Part shown: in pieces, positions 49,955 through 58,717 of the stretch
Layout of the letters: the number at the start of each line of letters is the position of its first letter
Position numbering within the stretch: position 1 is the first letter of the stretch
Assembly: GCA_964457245.1 (NCBI GenBank)
Contig: CAYWET010000006.1
Span: 21,098 to 85,097 of the forward strand
DNA from: an uncultured Chryseobacterium sp.
GTDB taxonomy: Bacteria > Bacteroidota > Bacteroidia > UBA10329
Direction: 5' to 3'
Length of the DNA stretch: 64,000 nt
Notes under the pieces: model-generated
Databases searched by the model: none
The model's input: only the letters and a program-made list of their open reading frames with translations
Told to the model about the DNA's origin: nothing
Position numbers and translations under genes: made by a program

Positions 49955-50368
49955 ATGGACACTCGAAATAAAGAATTTAACAAACTGAATAAGATGAAAA
50001 ATCACCCTAAAACCATAGCAGTATTAGAACTCCTGCATGTGCTTGCCGAAGATGGGATACACCGTATGAGTTTGAACCAGATCACCTGTCTCAACTCATC
50101 AGGAGCTTACACTCACATTCATTACCTGAATGGGAAAAAAGTAGAGGTCGGCAAAAACCTGAGAAGGTTTGAAGAGGCATTGGAGCCGTACCAATTTTTC
50201 AGGGTGCACAAAAGTCACGTGGTGAACATGGAGCGTATAGAACGCTACCGTGCAACCAAAAGTGGAGGCACAGTGGAGCTTTCGGATGGCAGAACCCTAC
50301 CAGTGGCACGCTCCAGAAAATCAGCATTTCTCAAGGCATTCAAAGAACTGGCAACAGTAACCATATAG
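49955..50368 (+). CDS. Stand-alone LytTR DNA-binding domain protein (no receiver)
   Basis: 137 aa. LytTR pattern ...YTHIHYLNGKKVEV...FRVHKSHVVNMERI.... The start may be the internal Met at 49994. Confidence 0.7.
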   Translation: MDTRNKEFNKLNKMKNHPKTIAVLELLHVLAEDGIHRMSLNQITCLNSSGAYTHIHYLNGKKVEVGKNLRRFEEALEPYQFFRVHKSHVVNMERIERYRATKSGGTVELSDGRTLPVARSRKSAFLKAFKELATVTI

Positions 50369-50402
50369 AAAACAATCATTCAACAATCAAAAAATCAAGA
50401 TC

Positions 50403-51815
50403 ATGAAAAAGACAGCACTTATTATTCTACTCCTTGCAGCGGCTAACGTCTTTGCCTTACCGCAGGAACTCCAACAGGCCATAACGGAAATCAAGAACGA
50501 CCTGCACGAAATACGCTCAGTACGATATACCGTTAATCAGAGCATCCTACCTGTTTCAGGTTCAATAGTTGACTTTCAACTTAATAACACGGATAGTAAA
50601 GGTCGTGTTTCTTCGACCACATATCGTGTTGACCTAGCAGACATTGACCCTCTACTTCTTACAAGTGGTGTGGAACGAGACATGATGAAAGTGGAGGTTC
50701 ATGCAAAGGGAAAACAACGTTTCATTACCGAACTGAAGGGCGGTGAGGTGACGCGTTACACAGACCGTTTTAAGCTTGATGTACGCGATATGGATAACGC
50801 ACGACAACTTATGGATGCTTTTAAGAAAGGCATTGCTGTTGCTGAAAGTATGGACACGTATAAAGGTCAGTTCGGCTCGTTGCGAGAGGTGTTACTAGAG
50901 CTTTCGTCCTTGGTAAAACCATTGGGCAATACGGTTTCTGTACAGAAAATACTCGTTTCTGAAGACAGAGCAGAGAAACTGCAGCACGTAATCCGCAGAG
51001 GAGATGGAGTCGTTCTCAAGCATGAGTTCAACCTAAAAGATATGAACGCTACCACCGTAGATTACGTGGCCAGCGGCCGCAACTTGAGTATTAAATTGAA
51101 TACGTACGGGGGAAGCAAAGCGGTAAAAAGATACCAGAATGATCTGGCAAAAGACTTCGTACCCAATTTTACGGTAGCGGCAGAAACCGTTGAGCAAGCT
51201 AAAAAGATAAAAGCCCTTTTTGAACTGGCAATCAATGCTGCCAATGGCAATGCTCTGAAGAAAACACATTCTGCTCCGTCACGGTCATCTGCTCCACCAA
51301 GTGGATCTTCTGCCAGCAGAAAAACATCTTCCGCACAAACTCCATCTCAGGATAATGGTGGATTTCCAAAGGTGGAGTTGACCAAAGACCCTGAAAGTGG
51401 AAAATATGCTTGGGCTGGCGTATATCACTTTCCAGGACAATCTCTAGAGGAGCTTTACCGAGCGGCAGAGGCTTCCATACCAACTAACATGGTTATTTCA
51501 AAAACGGACAACCAAATCGTTTTTCAACGTATGGGAGGAAACCGAACCGCCCTGAGATTGGGAGGAGACGCCTATATCTCCTTCACCATAAAAGTGAGCT
51601 TCAAAGAAGGAAAGATACGAATGGAAGAGACCGACTTCTTCTATGATAACCGCGCTTGGGGATTCTCGGCACCACAAACTCTTGAAACCATGAATGCCAA
51701 GAAACTGAACAAAATCGTAGGAGACATTAACGAACGACTCACGAAGGGCAACAACACTATGATGGATGGCCTAAAGACCAAGTTGAGGCTCACTTCCCAA
51801 GAAGAAGATTGGTAA
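50403..51815 (+). CDS. Secreted hypothetical protein, 470 aa
   Basis: Signal peptide MKKTALIILLLAAANVFA. Ser/Pro-rich linker in the middle. No motif recognised. Confidence 0.6.
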   Translation: MKKTALIILLLAAANVFALPQELQQAITEIKNDLHEIRSVRYTVNQSILPVSGSIVDFQLNNTDSKGRVSSTTYRVDLADIDPLLLTSGVERDMMKVEVHAKGKQRFITELKGGEVTRYTDRFKLDVRDMDNARQLMDAFKKGIAVAESMDTYKGQFGSLREVLLELSSLVKPLGNTVSVQKILVSEDRAEKLQHVIRRGDGVVLKHEFNLKDMNATTVDYVASGRNLSIKLNTYGGSKAVKRYQNDLAKDFVPNFTVAAETVEQAKKIKALFELAINAANGNALKKTHSAPSRSSAPPSGSSASRKTSSAQTPSQDNGGFPKVELTKDPESGKYAWAGVYHFPGQSLEELYRAAEASIPTNMVISKTDNQIVFQRMGGNRTALRLGGDAYISFTIKVSFKEGKIRMEETDFFYDNRAWGFSAPQTLETMNAKKLNKIVGDINERLTKGNNTMMDGLKTKLRLTSQEEDW

Positions 51816-51882
51816 GAGTGAACCCTAAACCCGAAAGGGATTGAAAGCAAAAACAGTTCAATAACCATAAATATCAATAATC

Positions 51883-52077
51883 ATGAAAACAAAACTCGTT
51901 TTACTAATTGCCACAGCTGGACTTATGACATTCAGCTCTTGCAAGAAATGCTACACGTGTCAATTTGATGGCAGTGCGTCCACCGAGGAGATATGCAAGC
52001 CAAATAATATGAACCAGAAAGGCTGGCGAGAATATGTGAAGAACTACGAAGAGTGGTATGATGCAGATTGTAAGTGA
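51883..52077 (+). CDS. Small Cys-rich lipoprotein/peptide, 64 aa (mature part roughly 45 aa with 4-5 Cys)
   Basis: Signal peptide with lipobox-like ...LMTFSSC. Mature region CKKCYTCQ...C...C. Placed between operon genes with short spacers. Confidence 0.45.
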   Translation: MKTKLVLLIATAGLMTFSSCKKCYTCQFDGSASTEEICKPNNMNQKGWREYVKNYEEWYDADCK

Positions 52078-52157
52078 TCATTCTTTAGCCCTGTCAACGT
52101 TTTGAACGCTGGCAGGGTTTAATAATCTTTACAACACAACCCTTAAGATAAAAGACC

Positions 52158-53630
52158 ATGAAAACATTAGTAATTCAAAATACCGTTTCGCTGTTCATTG
52201 CAGCTACTTTGTCTATCAGTATTGCAGTGGCCAATCAGATAAACATGCAAGATGGAGTAACTGTAACAAGTTGTTCTGGAACAATTTACGATCATGCAGG
52301 ACCAAACGGAAGTATCCAATCGTATAGCAGCCATAGGGTTTTAACCATACGGTCTGCCGAGCCAAATAAAGCGGTTCAACTGGTCTTTGAAGAACTAAGG
52401 TTTGGATATAGCAACGCATTCAACCTGAAAATATATGATGGTGGTAACACTCAATCCCCGTTGCTGGTAGAGTTTACCACCGGATGGGACAACAGCCCCT
52501 ACATCGGCACGGGGATCATGGCCAATTCGGGAGAAATGACCCTTGAATTCACCTCAATATCGGTCTATCCTGCGCACGAAACGGCAGATGGTTGGAAGGC
52601 AAGTTGGAACTGTGTGGAAAAAAGTTACAACATGCAGAACGGAAGCGTGACCGCATGCGCTGGAGCACTGCACGATCCCGGAGGCCCCAGTGGTTCGAGT
52701 TCCGAGAATGAAACCTACATTTTTACTATAAACCCAGAAAGCTCCGGACAAGCAATTGTAATGGACATTCTATTCGCGAATCTATGGGTGAGTGATCTTA
52801 CTCTGTTCGATGGCTTAAACACAACCGCACCTGTTATATGGTCTGGAACTGGAATAATTACGGACATTCCGGCCCAAATAGCGCCTTCTGGAGCGATGAC
52901 CGTTGAACTGGTTGTCTCTGGTTCTTCAGCTCCGAATTTTCTTGGGGTTTGGCATTGCATAGATCAATCGGGCATTGAAATGTCAGACGGTACCACCGCA
53001 AGCTGTTTTGGCACTATCTATGACAGCGGAGGTCTTAATGGAGATTATTCTAATAATGAAGACCATACTTATGTAGTTTCAACCAACGAAGTGAACACGG
53101 TGATAGATTTCAGATTGTTTTCATTTGGCTCCGAATTTGGGCATGATACTCTTTGGGTGTATGATGGAGCAAGCGCTGACCCAGCGAACGTTTTAATTAC
53201 GGGTTCGGGTTATCTCAATGGGTCATCAATTTTTGTTAGTTCCAATTCCAATGCGATGACTTTCAGATTCAAGTCTGATGGTACCGGGACAGAGCGTGGT
53301 TTTATTGGAAACTGGTCATGTCGCGATACAATTTCAGCATGGTCGGTTAGCACTGGAGTTGAGGACCATCCTTATTCACTGGAATCTCCTATCATCTTTC
53401 CAAATCCATCAAGCGGACGGATGAACATGGTCATACCTTGGTCAACCCAGGATGTCGAGATACGAGTGTTCAATGCTATAGGTCAGATAATGCATCAAGA
53501 GCGGGTCGGGAATCTGACGAAAGGTGTTTCCAGAACACTGAACCTTTCAGATTTGATGGATGGCATCTATTGGTGTAATGTCAGCAGTAAAGAAAAAACC
53601 GCTTGCCAGAGAATTGTGATTCGGCATTGA
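52158..53630 (+). CDS. Secreted T9SS cargo protein with three CUB-like repeats and a C-terminal sorting domain
   Basis: Signal peptide. Thrice-repeated C-x-G-x-[IL]-x-D-x-G-G-x-x-G-x-Y modules. CTD ...FPNPSSGRMNMVIP...VEIRVFNAIGQ...GIYWCNV.... Confidence 0.65.
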   Translation: MKTLVIQNTVSLFIAATLSISIAVANQINMQDGVTVTSCSGTIYDHAGPNGSIQSYSSHRVLTIRSAEPNKAVQLVFEELRFGYSNAFNLKIYDGGNTQSPLLVEFTTGWDNSPYIGTGIMANSGEMTLEFTSISVYPAHETADGWKASWNCVEKSYNMQNGSVTACAGALHDPGGPSGSSSENETYIFTINPESSGQAIVMDILFANLWVSDLTLFDGLNTTAPVIWSGTGIITDIPAQIAPSGAMTVELVVSGSSAPNFLGVWHCIDQSGIEMSDGTTASCFGTIYDSGGLNGDYSNNEDHTYVVSTNEVNTVIDFRLFSFGSEFGHDTLWVYDGASADPANVLITGSGYLNGSSIFVSSNSNAMTFRFKSDGTGTERGFIGNWSCRDTISAWSVSTGVEDHPYSLESPIIFPNPSSGRMNMVIPWSTQDVEIRVFNAIGQIMHQERVGNLTKGVSRTLNLSDLMDGIYWCNVSSKEKTACQRIVIRH

Positions 53631-53807
53631 CCTCATTCGAAAACGTACTGGTTAACCCCGTATCCAAGATTCGTTGGTTAAGGAATGAGGCCGGGTGTTG
53701 TTCGCGTACATTTTACTACTTTTCGACTAAACTGTTAATTTGGCCGACCAATGAGGTGCTTTTTGAGCTATAGCACAAAAGGGCGATTATACCAAGAAAC
53801 CAATACG

Positions 53808-54968
53808 ATGAAAATAAATTCAATCATAGCAGGACTCATGTTGTTCTGGGTCACAGCCGCACAGGCTCAGTTTGGAGTGGGGGCAAGAGTAGGTGTTTCT
53901 ATGAGTACCATGGTTGGGGTCCGTGGTGCCGATCTGATTCCAAACCCAGGTTTGGTAACGGGCGTTTCCGGAGAGTTCCGATTGGTGGATAATCAGTCGC
54001 TTTCGTTCTACCTACAACCAGAATTCGCATTAGAGCAAAAGGGCTATGCCACCAAATTTACTTCGGGTAGTTTCAGGTCCGAAACCCAATATAATTTTGA
54101 TTATGCCTCTTTACCTGTTGCAGCCAAACTGATTTTTGGAAGCGGCAAATTCAAAGGGGGAATAAATGTGGGAGTTGCTCCTGCCTTGCTTATTGGAAGG
54201 TATGCACAGTACAAGAACAGCGATGGTGATAGGAGTAGGACTGTAATAAGCAGGAGTAGCGTAAAGGTTTTTGACATCAATGCCTTTATTGGCGGAGTGA
54301 TGGAGTATGCGCTTGGTCCTGGGGCCCTTTTTGCTGACCTCAGGTATACGCAGGGCTTTGTAGACCCATTTTCCAGCTACTTGGCAAAGCCTCACCTTGG
54401 TTCCAGTTACCTGAATGCATCGCCATCGTTTTCGGTGGGTTACGTTTTCAGAATAGGTGGAGGTAAGACATCTTCGGTTCCTTCCGGAAGTTCGTATTCA
54501 GATCCGTCTGATTCGGGTTTTACCGACATTGAGAACACCCAAGAAGAACCTGAAACCGTTTGGGAAGATGAAAGCGAACCTGTTGAAACCCGCCCCTCAA
54601 CGATAGATGAAGAAGTTAGCAAATCAAGTTCGCAGGAGCTAAGGCCTTCGCCCAAGCCGCGTGAGAACACGGCAGCGGTCAGTTCAGATTTTGAGGAAAT
54701 GATCGAACTCAACAAACACTTTGACGTGATTGCTGATGTACATGCATCAGACACCGATAAAGAGATCAGTAAAACTGAGATTCTTAGCAGGTTCAAACAT
54801 GGAGACGTTCTGGTAAAGATTGAGATTGATAAGGTGGTCGTTGACTATTTCGGCATCAACGAGTTTCTTGGTGCTATCCGTCTCAATCATTCCCGGTATA
54901 AAATTGCCGACCGTATTAAGGATGAAAACGGCATGATTAGCGAAATAACCATGCGTAAGATCGGATAA
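53808..54968 (+). CDS. Outer-membrane beta-barrel protein fused to a C-terminal domain of unknown function
   Basis: Signal peptide MKINSIIAGLMLFWVTAAQAQ. Porin-family-like beta pattern over ~220 aa. Ser-rich linker. C-terminal ~130-aa soluble domain. The six-frame ORF starts at 53751. Confidence 0.55.
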   Translation: MKINSIIAGLMLFWVTAAQAQFGVGARVGVSMSTMVGVRGADLIPNPGLVTGVSGEFRLVDNQSLSFYLQPEFALEQKGYATKFTSGSFRSETQYNFDYASLPVAAKLIFGSGKFKGGINVGVAPALLIGRYAQYKNSDGDRSRTVISRSSVKVFDINAFIGGVMEYALGPGALFADLRYTQGFVDPFSSYLAKPHLGSSYLNASPSFSVGYVFRIGGGKTSSVPSGSSYSDPSDSGFTDIENTQEEPETVWEDESEPVETRPSTIDEEVSKSSSQELRPSPKPRENTAAVSSDFEEMIELNKHFDVIADVHASDTDKEISKTEILSRFKHGDVLVKIEIDKVVVDYFGINEFLGAIRLNHSRYKIADRIKDENGMISEITMRKIG

Positions 54969-54981
54969 GCTTTTTAAGGAT

Positions 54982-55557
54982 ATGATGAGATCAATAGTAT
55001 TTGTTGTAGGGGTTCTTCTTTTGGGTTCGGAATTGAAAGCTCAGGACCTGAATCTTACTGAGCAAGAGCGTGCCGCATTTGCGCAACAGGCACTTGAGAA
55101 AGCGCGGGAATTGAGTATGTACATAGACAAACTCTGCAACAAGAGCACACCATCCTCAATTCAAGTAGAGGCCATGGATTTGGCTTTAGACCTTTTTAGA
55201 GACCACGAACGAATAGTTGAAGTTTCGAAAAAGAACTCTGATGACCTACTTTACCCCACTATTGACCGTTACCTCAATCGGTTAGTGAACTATAACTACA
55301 CCAAAGTGGAGGTGACATGGTACGATGTTTCCTATGCTTCTGACCTGAAACCAGGAACCGATGGCCGTTACTACGGAACCATAACCGTGTTTCAAAAATT
55401 TGTGGGTTATGTTGGGGATGGCATTGTAGCATACGAAGACGTTACGCAGAAAAACATTGAGGTGATACTGGAACCGCGCATCAAACGTGTTGGAGATCAA
55501 GAATTCGAGGCTCTCATTGTTCTTCTTGGTGACATTCAGGTAATGCAGACCGAATGA
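54982..55557 (+). CDS. Secreted hypothetical protein, 191 aa
   Basis: Signal peptide. The ORF stop overlaps the next start (ATGA). Confidence 0.55.
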   Translation: MMRSIVFVVGVLLLGSELKAQDLNLTEQERAAFAQQALEKARELSMYIDKLCNKSTPSSIQVEAMDLALDLFRDHERIVEVSKKNSDDLLYPTIDRYLNRLVNYNYTKVEVTWYDVSYASDLKPGTDGRYYGTITVFQKFVGYVGDGIVAYEDVTQKNIEVILEPRIKRVGDQEFEALIVLLGDIQVMQTE

Positions 55558-56408
55558 GCAAGAAACTACTCTTACCTATTCTAGTTATTGTTTTCCAACT
55601 CCCATTAAGTGTGTTAGGGCAGTCTGTTGGTAAGCAGGTAGTGGAGCACGAGTTGAAATTATTGGTCAAGAACTACGATGAGTTCATGGCGCGGTTCAAC
55701 TTTACCATGGATCCTTTCGGTAACCCCATTAAAGACACAGCCCATGTTTACTTGGAAAACGTAGCAGGGATTCAAAAAATTGATCGAAAACTCTCAGTGT
55801 CGTTCCTTATTGATGCGGAACTTTGCGAACGACATCCAGATTTGTGCGAACGTTTTGTGGATGATGTTACTGACAAGGAAAATCCGTATTTGCTCAATTT
55901 CCATGACCCGAATTGGTACTGCGTGCGGCCCGCAACGGTCAGGTTCAACGGGAGTGAACAAAGCCTTAGTCTAACCATGCAGGTGGAAGTTCATGACGGG
56001 CGACAGTCAAAATGGGTAATCTGTGGTGTAGATGCTCCCTTTCTGCCTGCGATAAAAACGGAGCACGACAAAGATCGACTCATTGCACCAGATAGCAACA
56101 GCAGCGGTTTTGTGGCGCTAAGACGTGCTTTTGAAGATGTTGAACACTTTGATGAATACCTGCCGAGGAGTTTTGGAACTGATGGACTGACTCGTTTGGC
56201 CACGGCTTGCAAAAACGGGCAGCTGGAATATGTCAGTGCTAAAGGGCAACAGGAGTATCATCTGCTTCAAATACCGGGCTGGGTTGTAATGATTCAATAT
56301 TTCAAACGGAAAGATGGTAATCGAGGGTGGCTTATTTCTGAACTGCACCCGTTAACGGATGAGGAAAAAGAAATCTATTTGAAGGAATATCTCAACATCG
56401 GTCAATGA
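55554..56408 (+). CDS. Secreted hypothetical protein, 284 aa
   Basis: Signal peptide MSKKLLLPILVIVFQLPLSVLGQ. 4-bp overlaps with both neighbours. Confidence 0.55.
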   Translation: MSKKLLLPILVIVFQLPLSVLGQSVGKQVVEHELKLLVKNYDEFMARFNFTMDPFGNPIKDTAHVYLENVAGIQKIDRKLSVSFLIDAELCERHPDLCERFVDDVTDKENPYLLNFHDPNWYCVRPATVRFNGSEQSLSLTMQVEVHDGRQSKWVICGVDAPFLPAIKTEHDKDRLIAPDSNSSGFVALRRAFEDVEHFDEYLPRSFGTDGLTRLATACKNGQLEYVSAKGQQEYHLLQIPGWVVMIQYFKRKDGNRGWLISELHPLTDEEKEIYLKEYLNIGQ

Positions 56409-58699
56409 GGTGGTTGATACATATCGTTTTGGTGTTGATTCCCATGGCCGGGGTTGCACAGCAAACTTTTGAGGTAAGTCCCACAGAAAAGGAACAGTTT
56501 GTTCGAGATGCACAATCGGTTGTAAAAAGGTATGGTTTAAATCTCATTGAATTAGGCGACAGTCTGCGAGAGCCGTGGGAAAAGCAAGTAGAAGAAGTGG
56601 CCATCCTGAACCTGTTCGATCGAACGGATGTCCTGGTTCCGAATGATATTGACGCGTCTGGAGAACAATCCAAGGAAAAATCAATTTCAGCGTATCTAAG
56701 TACTCTGAAAATCAATTATTCTCGCTTTGGACTGGATATTGATACACGAATAGATCGCTCACGGAGCAACGCTTTATATATAGATTCGAAAAGCGCTAAT
56801 CCATACCTGTTTGTGAAGGTGGTGGTGGAGAGAAGCCTGAAAGGAAAGAATGATCAAGACATTTCGATTGACACCACCTTGTGGTTGGATGTTTATGTAC
56901 TTTATTGGCTTAACGGAGACGGAACGTATGACCCCAATGCCTACATCTATGCAATAGAACCGCACGACCCTGACACCAAGTATGAACAGGTGCCGATAAA
57001 GGGAGAACGGCCACAAGCTGTCGCCAGAGTAGATCAACAGACCATCACCAGCCCAACGACACCTAAACCGACCGAAGAGAGCGTGCCTACGGCTCAAAGC
57101 CAACCGAAGCAAACAGATACGGACTCTCAAAAGACTGTTCCGGTTCCCCAAGAACCCAAGGATTGTCCATACAAACCACCACGTTTTGTTTCTTCATCTG
57201 ACCACAAAAGGTTATGGAAGGAATTTGTTTATTCCAGCAACGCCTACAGGAAGGCAGTACTTGAGAAGGGTGTACGTGGAAGCGGAACCATCTGGTTTAC
57301 CGTTAAGGCTGATGGCGCTATATACGACCCAACACTGGGGATTGACTCTGAAGTATTTGAAGGCAAAGAATATGCGATAAAGGAGGTTGCTCAACAGTTG
57401 ATGACCGAAAGTTCATCAAACGGAAACGCTTGGATTCCTGCAGAAGCCAACTGCGAAAAGGTTGCCCGTCAGGTAAGTGAGGAGGTGACCTTTGAATTAC
57501 ACAGAGTTAAGAGCAAAGGTTCTGAACTCACGCCTTCTAACAGGGTTCAGGTTCCTCAGAATGAGATTCCTCCTAAGCCGCTATCTAGAAAACAACAACG
57601 GAGAGGCGAAAGAGCGAATCGCAAGGAGGAAAGAGCGTGTGCCGAAGAATACCGTAGACCTAGATTCAACTCCTGCAGCAGGCACAAAAAGGAGTGGAGG
57701 GCATACGTTGGTAAGAACAACCTTTTTGTTAAGGCGGTTTTACAGGATGGGGTAAGAGGGTTTGTTGATGCAAGTGCGAGCATTACCAGAAATGGAGATA
57801 TAGAACCGGGCTCTACGCGAATAAGGCTTGGAAACCATGTGCGAAAACGGTTTGAGGCAACAGATGTAGCTATAAAACTCATTGAAGGAAGCACGGAGGG
57901 GAATAACAAGTGGATACCAGGAAAGCATCAAGGCGCAGCCGTTCAGAAACGAGGTGGCGTACACCTAGCCTATGGTAAAAGTTGGCTTGACCCGAATACT
58001 GCGATTGAATCGGGTCTGTTGACCGAACGTGGGAAGCGTAAAATGAAACGTAAAGCCGCATGGCTAGACCATAAGAAGGAAAAGATCGGAGGGGTTCATT
58101 TCAACATCGGGGGAGGTTACGCTTTTCCACTTGGTGCCAATGGGTTTAAGGGCGGTGTAGCTGAAGCTGCTTTTGGTGGATTGTTTGGGCATCATGTTGG
58201 AATGGAATTGAAATATCGGACGGTTATCGATCAGCAAGCGGGAAGATGGTTTGAGAATCTTTCTTCCAAGGCACAGACTTTCGTTCAAGTAGATAGGGCC
58301 AGTACGCTTCTTCACACATTAAGTTTGGGCTTAATATTTAACACCTCTAAAAAGCGGGTAAGACCTTACTTTACGATTCATGGTGGAGTCAATTGGCTCA
58401 GTATAGATGTAAAAGGTCAAGCTCAAGATTTCGGAGATGCTTCACCTCGATATGGTGCTGTTAGGTATTCTACCGACATGGGGTGGCACTTATCTCCTGG
58501 GTTCGGAATAGACTTCAAGATTCCGAAATATGGTAGCTTTTTCATTGCAGGAGAATTTAGCATGTACATACTCAATTTTCGGCCAATGGAATTTGATGCC
58601 AACCTAGGCTCCAATATTATTTTGTTTAGCAATCATTTCAGCTTAGGAGACAATTTGCAATTACCGGTGACCATTGGCTTCCGATTCTCCAGGTGGTAA
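56405..58699 (+). CDS. Secreted protein with two TonB-C-like domains and a C-terminal outer-membrane beta-barrel-like region
   Basis: Two segments (WKEFVYSSNAYRKAVLEKGVRGSGTIWFTVKADGAI and WRAYVGKNNLFVKAVLQDGVRGFVDASASITRNGDI) resemble the TonB C-terminal fold motif. C-terminal Gly/aromatic-rich beta pattern ending ...IGFRFSRW. Confidence 0.5.
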   Translation: MRWLIHIVLVLIPMAGVAQQTFEVSPTEKEQFVRDAQSVVKRYGLNLIELGDSLREPWEKQVEEVAILNLFDRTDVLVPNDIDASGEQSKEKSISAYLSTLKINYSRFGLDIDTRIDRSRSNALYIDSKSANPYLFVKVVVERSLKGKNDQDISIDTTLWLDVYVLYWLNGDGTYDPNAYIYAIEPHDPDTKYEQVPIKGERPQAVARVDQQTITSPTTPKPTEESVPTAQSQPKQTDTDSQKTVPVPQEPKDCPYKPPRFVSSSDHKRLWKEFVYSSNAYRKAVLEKGVRGSGTIWFTVKADGAIYDPTLGIDSEVFEGKEYAIKEVAQQLMTESSSNGNAWIPAEANCEKVARQVSEEVTFELHRVKSKGSELTPSNRVQVPQNEIPPKPLSRKQQRRGERANRKEERACAEEYRRPRFNSCSRHKKEWRAYVGKNNLFVKAVLQDGVRGFVDASASITRNGDIEPGSTRIRLGNHVRKRFEATDVAIKLIEGSTEGNNKWIPGKHQGAAVQKRGGVHLAYGKSWLDPNTAIESGLLTERGKRKMKRKAAWLDHKKEKIGGVHFNIGGGYAFPLGANGFKGGVAEAAFGGLFGHHVGMELKYRTVIDQQAGRWFENLSSKAQTFVQVDRASTLLHTLSLGLIFNTSKKRVRPYFTIHGGVNWLSIDVKGQAQDFGDASPRYGAVRYSTDMGWHLSPGFGIDFKIPKYGSFFIAGEFSMYILNFRPMEFDANLGSNIILFSNHFSLGDNLQLPVTIGFRFSRW

Positions 58700-58717
58700 C
58701 AACTAAAAACAGATCAC

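Noticed and set aside
53631-53750. Possible tRNA or small RNA in the structured 120-bp gap after the CUB-like cargo gene. It contains cctcattc...gaatgagg and the palindrome ggttaacc.
   Set aside because: No tRNA-like T-arm/anticodon-arm pattern or CCA context, and no T-tract. At most a weak stem-loop. Not reportable as an RNA gene.
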